This document shows positions 8,372 to 16,452 of a stretch of DNA of 39,885 nucleotides, one piece after another. Origin of the DNA: Candidatus Omnitrophota bacterium (lineage in GTDB: Bacteria; Omnitrophota; Gorgyraeia; B26-G9); the NCBI GenBank assembly GCA_022013205.1, contig JAKLQT010000223.1:1-39885 (forward strand). The letters are read 5' to 3'. The notes beneath the pieces were generated by a model. It was given only the letters and a program-made list of their open reading frames with translations, was not told where the DNA came from and searched no databases. The position numbers and the translations under genes are program-made. Positions within the stretch are counted from its first letter, which is position 1. Each line of letters starts with the position of its first letter.

Positions 8372-9628
8372 TCAAATTACGGTATGTGCCGCGAGATTTA
8401 TTCCGCGCCTTATGATAGTTATACCGTCCCGGACACAATAATAATCCCCGTCACTGTTCGGCGCATTTCTTTTATCCGTAATATGGCAGAAATCACAAAT
8501 ATTAACATTTTTGTCAATTATCGCCCTCTCGATAGTCACCCCTTTGCCGATATGCGGATGCGTATTTACCTTTGCGGACGTATTATGATAATAATCATTT
8601 CCTATGATTATAGAGTCTTTAATCCTCGTATTTTCCATAATTTTACTTCTCAGGCCGATAATTGAGTTTTCAATATTTGCATTTTTGATCTGGCATCCAT
8701 CGGCAATAATCGCATTTTTCAAGAAAGTCTCACTGATCTTGCTGGGAGGCAAAAAGCGGGCCCTGGTTACAATCCCGCAATCATCATCAAAAAGGTTAAA
8801 TTCAGGATTATTAGCCAGCAAATCCATACTCGCCTCATAGTAGCTTTTGATTGTCCCGATATCCCGCCAATAATCTTTAAACTCGAATGTATATACTTTG
8901 TTCTTTTTCTTCAGCATCCAAGGCAGAATATGTGTACCGAAATCCGCAGCTTTCGTCCTGAGCAAAATATCAAAAAGAACATCTTTTTTAAAAAGATAAA
9001 CTCCCATCGAAGCATAATACTGGCTAACCGGAGCCTTTGTTTTTTTCCCGCTTTTAGATTTAATTTTCAAGCGTTTAACGTTTAAAGGCTTTTCGATGAT
9101 TCTCCTTAAGCGCCCAGAAGCAGTGCAATCAAGAACCCCCATTCTCGCAGCCTCATCCTCATTAACAAAAATAGAAGCAACCGTCGCATCAGCCTCCTTT
9201 TTTATATGAAAGCCGGCCATTTTGCGGTAATCCATTTTATACAGGTGATCACCGGAAAGAATAAGCACGTATTCCTGAGGCATATTGCGCAGGTGATTCA
9301 AAACACGGCGCACAGCATCCGCAGGCCCCTGAAACCATTCAGAGCTTTTGTGTGATTGTTCTGCTGAAAGTATCTCTACAAATCCTTTTGAAAAATTATC
9401 GAATCGATATGTATGCATTATGTGAGCATGCAAAGAGGCCGAAAGGAATTGAGTCAGAACGAAAATCTTATTAAAACCGGAATTTATGCAATTTGACACA
9501 GGGATGTCTATCAATCTATATTTACCGGCAAATCCGATAGCCGGTTTACTCCTCTCCAAAGTAAGCGGAAACAATCTTGTTCCTCTGCCGCCTCCGAGTA
9601 TTAAAACTAAACAATCAGGAATATCCAT
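8372..9628 (-). CDS. glgC: Glucose-1-phosphate adenylyltransferase
   Basis: 418 aa. It has the N-terminal LGGGRGTRLFPLT...SKPAIGFAGKYRLIDIPVSNCINSG motif and a C-terminal left-handed beta-helix. Confidence 0.88.
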   Translation of the reverse strand: MDIPDCLVLILGGGRGTRLFPLTLERSKPAIGFAGKYRLIDIPVSNCINSGFNKIFVLTQFLSASLHAHIMHTYRFDNFSKGFVEILSAEQSHKSSEWFQGPADAVRRVLNHLRNMPQEYVLILSGDHLYKMDYRKMAGFHIKKEADATVASIFVNEDEAARMGVLDCTASGRLRRIIEKPLNVKRLKIKSKSGKKTKAPVSQYYASMGVYLFKKDVLFDILLRTKAADFGTHILPWMLKKKNKVYTFEFKDYWRDIGTIKSYYEASMDLLANNPEFNLFDDDCGIVTRARFLPPSKISETFLKNAIIADGCQIKNANIENSIIGLRSKIMENTRIKDSIIIGNDYYHNTSAKVNTHPHIGKGVTIERAIIDKNVNICDFCHITDKRNAPNSDGDYYCVRDGITIIRRGINLAAHTVI

Positions 9629-9636
9629 TATTTTCT

Positions 9637-10458
9637 TTAACCTTTAAGTAATACTGCAATGCAAATAAATCCCATCCCCCAGCAATAAAATGAGAAGTAA
9701 TGGAATTTAGCCCTTGCTACCATTTTAGATAAGACTGATAGAGCAAAATATCCGCTCAAGAAAGCCGCCAGAAATGATAACCCCAGTTCCAGATTACCTA
9801 TTGAAAGTTCTCCCAGCCCATTTTTTAATTTATATATTGCCGCAGCTGCAATAGTCGGGATTGACAGAAGAAATGAAAACCGTGCTGCCAGTTCTTTATC
9901 AAGCCCTCTGAAAATGCCGCTTGAAATAGTAAGCCCGGAGCGGGAAATACCCGGAATGATCGCAACCGCCTGCGCAAGTCCGATAATAAGAGAATCGATA
10001 AGCGTCAGTTGTTTTTTCTTATCATGCGTTCCTTTTCCCTTGGTAAAAAACAATATGGTTCCGGTTGCAAAGAAACTAAGGGTTATTACCTGAAAAGAGC
10101 TGAACATCTCCTCGATATAGCGGTGAAAAAGTAACCCTATCAATACTGCCGGAATTATTGCGGCGATCACAAAAACAAATAGCCGTAGATATTCAAACTC
10201 ACTCCAAACCTCTTTCAAACTGGTTCCTTTAACTACTTTATTAAAAGCAATGACCGATTCCTTGAGTATAGACAAGATGTCTTTTCTTAAGAAAACAATG
10301 ACAGAGAACATAGTCGCTAAATGCAAAATAATATCAAAAGTAAGCAGCGGTTCTTTAAGCCCGATAATTTCCTGAAAAAAAACCAGATGTCCTGAGCTGG
10401 AAACAGGAAGAAACTCTGTTACTCCCTGTAGGCATGCTAAAAATAAATAACGCATCAT
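9637..10458 (-). CDS. uppP: Undecaprenyl-diphosphate phosphatase
   Basis: 273-aa polytopic membrane protein with BacA/UppP motifs: TEFLPVSSSGHL and PGISRSG. Confidence 0.88.
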   Translation of the reverse strand: MMRYLFLACLQGVTEFLPVSSSGHLVFFQEIIGLKEPLLTFDIILHLATMFSVIVFLRKDILSILKESVIAFNKVVKGTSLKEVWSEFEYLRLFVFVIAAIIPAVLIGLLFHRYIEEMFSSFQVITLSFFATGTILFFTKGKGTHDKKKQLTLIDSLIIGLAQAVAIIPGISRSGLTISSGIFRGLDKELAARFSFLLSIPTIAAAAIYKLKNGLGELSIGNLELGLSFLAAFLSGYFALSVLSKMVARAKFHYFSFYCWGMGFICIAVLLKG

Positions 10459-10631
10459 ATCTGTATTTTCCCCTTAAATATTCTCAAATCCTATTTATTT
10501 TATCACAGACAACTCAAACGGGCAAGACATTAAGAATAAGGGCGTAAGGGCATAAGATGTACATTATGAATGACGAATGATGAGTTATGAGTTAAGAAAA
10601 GCAGATTGGTTCATAGCCAATGGCTAATAAC

Positions 10632-11321
10632 TCATAGGAAAAACTGGTTTATAAGAATATTTGCGATTTCATGTGTTTTCAGGAAGCATTTCATATCCTC
10701 CGGCATTGGCGTGCAAAACTTCATACGCTCTTGACTCTGAGGATGATTTATTTCTATGGAGTATGAATGCAACGCAGCCCTTTTGAATTTGACCGGCCAA
10801 TCTTTAGCATATACAAAGCGCCTTTCACCTACAAGCGGATGCCCGTAATCCCTAAATTGTATTCTTATCTGATTCGTCCTTCCGGTTACCGGCTCAAGGC
10901 GCATTACACTAAAATCATCCGAGCTGAAAATTAATTTAAAATTTGTAACAGCCAGTTTGCTCATTTGGCAGCGCCTGTACGGCCAAGCGCCTTGTATATT
11001 ACTTTTAATCACACCTTTCGCCCGTTTAATGCACCCGTGGACAAAAGCGATATAAGTCTTTTTTATTTTTCTCTGGCGGAATTGATCCATTATAATCTGT
11101 TGGTTATTCCTGCCTTTTGCAAAGACAATTACGCCAGATGTTTCTTTATCCAGGCGGTGGCAAGGCAAGGCATTGTCTCTTTGCATTTGCCGGTTCAAAA
11201 GAAAGCCCAGATCCTTTTCTTTTGCATCAGGTGCCGGCACACTAAGAATTCCGCTGCGTTTATTTACGATTATCAGAGCATCGTCCTCATATATAATCTG
11301 GATTGGGTTTTTATGCGTCAT
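10632..11321 (-). CDS. RluA-family pseudouridine synthase
   Basis: 229 aa with the catalytic HRLDKETSGVIVFAK motif and a TGRTNQIR motif. There is no S4 domain. Confidence 0.85.
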   Translation of the reverse strand: MTHKNPIQIIYEDDALIIVNKRSGILSVPAPDAKEKDLGFLLNRQMQRDNALPCHRLDKETSGVIVFAKGRNNQQIIMDQFRQRKIKKTYIAFVHGCIKRAKGVIKSNIQGAWPYRRCQMSKLAVTNFKLIFSSDDFSVMRLEPVTGRTNQIRIQFRDYGHPLVGERRFVYAKDWPVKFKRAALHSYSIEINHPQSQERMKFCTPMPEDMKCFLKTHEIANILINQFFL

Positions 11322-11372
11322 TAATATTCCCTGCCGCCTTTAATAGTTCTGTCAAATACGTAGCCATAGTTT

Positions 11373-11395
11373 TTTTTATTCTCACACAAAGCCGC
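11373..11395. repeat. Copy A of a 23-bp exact repeat (tttttattctcacacaaagccgc)
   Basis: Identical to 28188-28210. Both copies lie 30-75 nt upstream of minus-strand start codons. The minus strand reads GCGGCTTTGTGTGAGAATAAAAA, which contains an extended -10-like TGTGAGAAT. Confidence 0.8.
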
Positions 11396-11460
11396 TAAAA
11401 TTATAGAATTCATGAAGGATATTACTTTGACACTACCCGTTTATCAACTCGGCCGAATAA

Positions 11461-11492
11461 TAAAAAAGCCGGAATAAATAATTATTCCGGCC
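11461..11492 (-). terminator. Rho-independent terminator after the cytochrome c gene
   Basis: 10-bp stem gccggaataa / ttattccggc with a 4-nt loop, followed on the minus strand by TTTTTTA. T-runs on both sides suggest it is bidirectional. Confidence 0.7.
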
Positions 11493-11515
11493 TATTTTTT
11501 TCAATTATCCCTGCC

Positions 11516-11830
11516 TTACTTGCCGGCAGCATCACCCGGATTTGTTCCTGCCTTGATTTCATCTGCGTTTGTCACCCCGTCAGCATCGCTGTCTAAATCA
11601 TCAATTGTTTTAACCGCGTCAACATTTCTGCCCGCAGCCAAATAAGCCTTGCCGTATTCATTTAAAGCCTTGAAGTCCCCCTGCGGATGGCATACTGTAC
11701 AGCCAACGGTAGCGTCAGTATGAACTTTTTGAACATTTTTAGCGTCTGGCATAGCAGCGAAAGAATAAGGTAAAAAACTAAGAACAATCATCGCTGCTAA
11801 AATAAAACGGAGATTTTTTGATTTAGTCAA
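11516..11830 (-). CDS. Small secreted mono-heme c-type cytochrome-like protein with acidic Ca-binding-like tail
   Basis: 104 aa with a TTG start preceded by a strong RBS (AGGAGG). It has a signal peptide, a single CTVCH (CxxCH) motif and a C-terminal DSDADGVTNADE (thrombospondin-type-3-like) motif. Confidence 0.55.
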   Translation of the reverse strand: MTKSKNLRFILAAMIVLSFLPYSFAAMPDAKNVQKVHTDATVGCTVCHPQGDFKALNEYGKAYLAAGRNVDAVKTIDDLDSDADGVTNADEIKAGTNPGDAAGK

Positions 11831-11982
11831 GTCACCCTCCTTTTTGAATTTAAAAATACTATAATTTGTTTATAAAGTCAATCTTTTTTAAAATCATATT
11901 TCCCTGAGCAGTTTTTACCGGCAGAATAAAATTATGTGAGATTTTTAGGAGGAGTGACGAAAGTCAAGTCTTTTGCAGCCTG

Positions 11983-12078
11983 GAATCCCACCCCAAAGGC
12001 GGAAAACTTTTTTCATCCTGGCCTTAAGCCAATTTGAAATCTAAAATTTTAATCTTACTTCCCCGCCTTTGGGAATTC
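11983..12078 (-). other. GC-rich long-range stem in an AT-rich intergenic region (candidate structured RNA or operator)
   Basis: Perfect 11-bp inverted repeat cccaaaggcgg (11992-12002) / ccgcctttggg (12063-12073) encloses 60 nt. An outer 5-bp extension closes with a G-U wobble only on a minus-strand transcript. Confidence 0.35.
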
Positions 12079-12153
12079 GCAACATCCTTGTTCTACAAAT
12101 TTTAATCGGGATTTGGATCTATTATTCTTAATCAAAGTTGCTCCAGCAATTTG

Positions 12154-12255
12154 TTATTTTTTCTTTTTCTTAGCTACTGCCTTTTTTGCTGGTTTCTTAG
12201 CTACTGCCTTTTTTGCTACTTTCTTCTTTACTGCTTTTTTCTTTTTCACTACCAA
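12154..12255 (-). CDS. Candidate 33-aa lysine/alanine-rich (histone H1-like tail) micro-protein
   Basis: TTG at 12255 lies 5 nt after RBS AAGGGGGTGA and encodes MVVKKKKAVKKKVAKKAVAKKPAKKAVAKKKKK-stop. It contains a 27-bp tandem repeat, is below the ORF-track size cutoff, and is the antisense of the F-rich + ORF 12113..12388. Confidence 0.35.
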   Translation of the reverse strand: MVVKKKKAVKKKVAKKAVAKKPAKKAVAKKKKK

Positions 12256-12493
12256 AATATTCACCCCCTTTCCTATTAAATATTTACATCAGAAAATTGC
12301 TTCCCTGCTTCCCATACAATATCTTGGTGTGCCTAATTTATTCTACACAATATGGCCTCGTACTACATATTGTATTTACAATTTATAATATACAACATCA
12401 TATACTATGATTTCAAGGAAAAAAATAAAAAAAATAAAATTTTTTTTATTTTGGTGAAGATTTTAGAATATTTTTTTAAAATGGCAGGGTTTA

Positions 12494-13168
12494 CTATCTA
12501 CTCTTTCCTTCTTTTATTTCAAAAGAAAGGATTATGGCTTCCGCTATTTCTTTCATAGGCATTCGTTTACTCATACTGGATTTTCTAAGCAGTTTATAAG
12601 CATCGCTCTCGGAAAAATTATTTTCACTCATTAATATCCCTTTTGCTCTTTCAACCTTTTTCCGGGTTTCAAGTTCTTCCTGTACAATTTTAGTTTTCAC
12701 CATGAGTTCTGTGTTTTCAATTGCGACCGCTGCCTGATTTGCAACAGTACTTAAAAGTTTAATATCATTGTTACCGAATTTATAAAACTCAGTGGTATAG
12801 CAGTTAATAACACCAATAACTCTATTTTTTACCAGCATCGGTACGCTTAACATAGAAACCAGATTTTCTTTTTCGGCAAGTGTTTTCTCTTTGTAACTTT
12901 TATCTTTTAAAACATCAAGTATAACTGTGGGCTTTTTATTTTTTGCGACAAGCCCGATAATCCCCTCTCCGACTTTTATTTTTCTCTCCTTTATATATTC
13001 TCTGCTCATTGCCTGTGTTGCTTTAATTTTTAACGATTGCGTTTTTTCATCAAGAAGCCATAAAGAGCAAATCTTTGCTTGCATAACGTTTGCGGTTAAA
13101 GTAACAATAAGTTTCAGCATGTCTTCAAGATAAAGGTCACTTGTAATAGCTTTGCTTATTTTACTCAA
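12494..13168 (-). CDS. GAF domain / ANTAR domain RNA-binding antitermination regulator
   Basis: 224 aa with an N-terminal GAF fold and a C-terminal ANTAR pattern (RKKVERAKGILMSENNFSESDAYKLLRKSSMSKRMPMKEIAEAII). The start is TTG in the track with no clear RBS, so it is uncertain. Confidence 0.75.
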   Translation of the reverse strand: MSKISKAITSDLYLEDMLKLIVTLTANVMQAKICSLWLLDEKTQSLKIKATQAMSREYIKERKIKVGEGIIGLVAKNKKPTVILDVLKDKSYKEKTLAEKENLVSMLSVPMLVKNRVIGVINCYTTEFYKFGNNDIKLLSTVANQAAVAIENTELMVKTKIVQEELETRKKVERAKGILMSENNFSESDAYKLLRKSSMSKRMPMKEIAEAIILSFEIKEGKSR

Positions 13169-13222
13169 TGTATCAATATAGGACTTTAAAGAATTCTCTT
13201 TAATGTTCTCACCTGTTTAATA

Positions 13223-14668
13223 TTATTTTTCCGCGCAAGCGCAGCTTGCTTTTTCTTTTGCGCAATCGGATCCAGGGTATTTGCCTGTCCAGCAGAAAAG
13301 GCAAAGCTTTTCCTTGGGTAATCCAATAGCCGCAACCATATCATCAACAGTCTGGTATTTTAGCGTATCAACCTCTAAATCTTCCGCTATCCAGTCTATC
13401 ATTTTTTTATACTTCTGTGAAGCAGAGTCAGTATATTCACTCACATCTCTCAGATCATGCCCCTCAATAGATCTAATTGCTCTTCTTGCTACAAGTTCAT
13501 TTATATCTCTGGTTGAAAGATTAAAACGGCAAGGGAACATGAGCGGCGGACATGCCGGACGAACATGTATTTCCCGAGCGCCTGATTCCTTTAGCTTCTT
13601 TATGGTGAAATTCTTCAGCTGGGTTCCCCTAACAATGGAATCATCACAAACCACAATTCGGTTTCCGTCTATTATATCCTTAATGGCTATCAATTTCATC
13701 TTGGCCACAAGATCTCTTTTTTCCTGTGAAGGCGGCGTATAGCTTCTTCCGTAGCCAGGTGTATATTTTACGAGCGGCCTTCTGTAGGGAGAGCCGCTTT
13801 CCATGGCATAGCCGATAGCATGCGCCGTACCTGAATCCGGAACGCCTGATACAACGTCCACCTTTATCTCTTTATCGCGACGAGCCAGATATCTTCCGCA
13901 GCGTTCTCTGACCACCTCGGTATTAATGCCTTCATAACTGGATGCCGGAAATCCGGTATACACCCACAAAAACGCGCAGATCTGATTAGCCTCGGTTGCC
14001 TGTCTTTTGGGCACCAGCCCTGATTCGCTAAGCAAGACTATTTCTCCGGGGCCAAGATACTTGGTTATTTTAAAATCATTATTTAAAAACGCACAGGTCT
14101 CAGTAGTTACGGCAAGCGTATCTTTGCGCTCACCCAACACAAGAGGAGTATATCCGTATCTATCACGCGCAGCGTAAACTCCGTCTTTATTGAGCAGTAA
14201 AAGCGAGCAGGAGCCTTTAATGCGCTCAAACATTTTTTCAATACCGTCGATTAGATTATCACCCTGATTAATAAGCTTAGCGACAAGTTCAGTTTCATTA
14301 ACACCGCTTTTCCCTACTTCCGCAAAAGAAATTCCCTTTTGAAGGAGATCCTTTTCTATCTCTTGTGAATTCTCGATAAAACCATTGCTAACAATACAGA
14401 AAGGCCCGAATCTAGAGTGGACATAAATAGGTTGGACATTAGAGGCGCTAATAACCCCGATACCTTTGTTGCCTTTCATTTTCTGGTATTCATCAAAGAA
14501 TTTTGACTTAAACTGCCCCTGGCTTATATTATGTATACGCCTGTAAAAATCTTCCCCCAATACAACAAGGCCGCCGTATTCAGTGCCTAAATGGGAGTGA
14601 TAATCTGTGCCATAAAATAAATCCTGTATGCAGTTGCCTTTTGAAACAACTCCGAAAATACCGCTCAT
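13223..14668 (-). CDS. Amidophosphoribosyltransferase (PurF)-like protein with degenerate glutaminase site
   Basis: 481 aa with a PRTase motif (VVCDDSIVRGTQ) and FeS-type Cys ligand pattern (CLFCWTGKYP). The N-terminus is MSGIFG (AGC Ser) where PurF has the catalytic Cys1, and GHVRY and AHNGN are replaced by GVISA and VSNGF. RBS is GGAGG. Confidence 0.7.
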   Translation of the reverse strand: MSGIFGVVSKGNCIQDLFYGTDYHSHLGTEYGGLVVLGEDFYRRIHNISQGQFKSKFFDEYQKMKGNKGIGVISASNVQPIYVHSRFGPFCIVSNGFIENSQEIEKDLLQKGISFAEVGKSGVNETELVAKLINQGDNLIDGIEKMFERIKGSCSLLLLNKDGVYAARDRYGYTPLVLGERKDTLAVTTETCAFLNNDFKITKYLGPGEIVLLSESGLVPKRQATEANQICAFLWVYTGFPASSYEGINTEVVRERCGRYLARRDKEIKVDVVSGVPDSGTAHAIGYAMESGSPYRRPLVKYTPGYGRSYTPPSQEKRDLVAKMKLIAIKDIIDGNRIVVCDDSIVRGTQLKNFTIKKLKESGAREIHVRPACPPLMFPCRFNLSTRDINELVARRAIRSIEGHDLRDVSEYTDSASQKYKKMIDWIAEDLEVDTLKYQTVDDMVAAIGLPKEKLCLFCWTGKYPGSDCAKEKASCACAEK

Positions 14669-14751
14669 CTTTAACCTCCGTTTAAGTAAAAATAAATTGC
14701 CTTATGCTTTTTATCAGGACTGTGTTTTGCAGCAGTCCCATTCGGTTAAAC

Positions 14752-16269
14752 TCACAACACAAAAAGCCTTTTTGTGGAAAAAACTGCTTCGCTTGTCAGG
14801 TCCACTCCCAGTTTTCTCAATCCTGCCTCATCACCTGAAGCAGGAATATGCGTTAGATGCATCTGGCAGCCGTTAAGCTCTTTTAATTTCTCCATTGCTG
14901 TCTGTGAAGTAGGATTGGTAGCAGCGCTTATACTTAAAGCGATCAAGGTTTCTTCAAGATCTAAGCTTACGGCCTTTTCATTTAAGATTTCTTTGTTTAA
15001 TACCTTTATCGAACTTATTATATTCGGCGACAATAAATGGATTTTATCCGGTATCCCGGCCATCTGCTTTATTGCGTTTAAAATAAGGCTTGATGAGGCA
15101 TGCATCATCGGCGAATTCCTGCCGCTGATTATTGTCCCGTCATTTAGCTCTAGTGCTGCCGCGCAGAAAACCCCCTCATGTCCTTTATTCTTTTTTTCTG
15201 CATCTTTGGCCTTATCCCTTGCAGGCTCTACGACCTTTCTGTCTTCCGGTTTTATATTAAGCTCTTTCATAATAAGCTCAACACGCTGCACTGTTTCTTT
15301 ATCCACAAATCCAAGCATATATTCACAGGAGTAGCGAAAATACCTTCTGATAATTTCCTGTTTTGCCGCCTCCTGGACAGCCTCATCATCAATTATCCCG
15401 AATCCGGCGCGGTTGACCCCCATATCAGTAGGTGACTTATACATGGATTCTTTTTGGATTATTGTCTCAAGTATTCTCTTGAGCACGGGAAATATCTCAA
15501 CATCACGGTTATAATTTACTGTCGATTCCTTGTATGCCTCAAGATGAAACGGATCGATAAGATTAAAATCCCGGATATCCGCGGTTGCCGCCTCATATGC
15601 GATATTAACCGGATGTTTAAGAGGGATACTCCATATCGGGAACGTCTCAAATTTCGCATAACCGCTTTTTATGCCTTTTTTATAGTCATGGTAGAACTGC
15701 GAAAGGCAAGTCGCGAGTTTCCCGCTTCCAGGCCCTGGGCCGGTTACGATTACCAGCGGATTCCTTGTTTTAATATATTCATTAGCACCATAGCCTTCCT
15801 CACTTACAATCTGGTCTACATCTGTAGGATAGCCTTTGGTAAATCTATGCGTATATACCTTGATATTTCTGCGTTCCAATTTATTTTTGAAAATTTTCGC
15901 GGCAGGCTGATTATCATATCGCGTAATTACAACAGCCCTGACATCCAGCTTCCATGATCTTATATCATCTATCATCTTCATAGCATCGGCGTCATAACTT
16001 ATTCCGAAATCAGCCCGGACTTTTCTTCTTTCGATATCGCCTGAGTAAATACAAAGTATTATATCCGCTTTATCTTTTAATTTCTGCAAAAGCCTCATCT
16101 TCACATTAGGGTCAAACCCCGGCAGTACCCTCGCAGCATGATAATCAAAAAGCAGTTTTCCCCCGAATTCAAGGTACAATTTGCCGTCAAATTTTTCGAC
16201 TCTTTCAAGAATAGCTTCTGTCTGTTCCTTTAAATATTTTTTGCTATCAAACCCTATTCTTTTAATCAT
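14752..16269 (-). CDS. DUF1846 / UPF0371 family protein
   Basis: The N-terminus [55 protein letters not shown] matches my memory of the UPF0371 family. I use the ATG at 16269 (RBS AAGGAAGG) rather than the track start at 16419. Confidence 0.7.
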   Translation of the reverse strand: MIKRIGFDSKKYLKEQTEAILERVEKFDGKLYLEFGGKLLFDYHAARVLPGFDPNVKMRLLQKLKDKADIILCIYSGDIERRKVRADFGISYDADAMKMIDDIRSWKLDVRAVVITRYDNQPAAKIFKNKLERRNIKVYTHRFTKGYPTDVDQIVSEEGYGANEYIKTRNPLVIVTGPGPGSGKLATCLSQFYHDYKKGIKSGYAKFETFPIWSIPLKHPVNIAYEAATADIRDFNLIDPFHLEAYKESTVNYNRDVEIFPVLKRILETIIQKESMYKSPTDMGVNRAGFGIIDDEAVQEAAKQEIIRRYFRYSCEYMLGFVDKETVQRVELIMKELNIKPEDRKVVEPARDKAKDAEKKNKGHEGVFCAAALELNDGTIISGRNSPMMHASSSLILNAIKQMAGIPDKIHLLSPNIISSIKVLNKEILNEKAVSLDLEETLIALSISAATNPTSQTAMEKLKELNGCQMHLTHIPASGDEAGLRKLGVDLTSEAVFSTKRLFVL

Positions 16270-16419
16270 TATCAATACCTTCCTTTTAAGCATTTTCTTA
16301 AAAAATTTATTTGGAATCTTCGTCGGATAATTACCGTTATGGGCAATCGCAATATTCCCGCGTTTCCTCACCGCGATGCTGTAAAGCATACAAACCCGGG
16401 TATGTGAGCCTTGCGGCAT
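16270..16419 (-). pseudogene. Possible relic of a class-II (Ntn) glutamine amidotransferase
   Basis: The in-frame N-terminal extension of the track ORF reads [28 protein letters not shown]. It resembles the G-H-x-R ... AHNGN segment of PurF/GlmS-type domains but is short and lacks a start context. Confidence 0.2.
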
Positions 16420-16452
16420 TTTTATGCCCTGTAATACAAAATACTCCGTACA

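Noticed and set aside
10560-10631. Similarity of gatgagttatgagtt and catagccaatggctaata to the signal-peptide-coding 5' ends of P1 and P2 (gatgagttataagtt, catagctgatagccaatag), suggesting another paralog relic
   Set aside because: The two matching words are in the wrong relative order and orientation to be colinear with a paralog 5' end. The matches are short and partly palindromic, and no reading frame is recoverable.
12113-12558. Three overlapping + strand ORFs (F/L-rich) in the AT-rich spacer
   Set aside because: They are low-complexity translations of T-rich DNA. One is simply the antisense of the Lys-rich repeat, and none has an RBS.
16270-16419. Track start codons giving N-terminal extensions (14752..16419, 2315..2788, 26692..28212, 21229..21921)
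   Set aside because: The extensions begin at non-ATG or poorly placed codons, overlap upstream genes or spacers, and precede internal ATGs. Those internal ATGs have an RBS and family-typical N-termini, so the shorter models are preferred.
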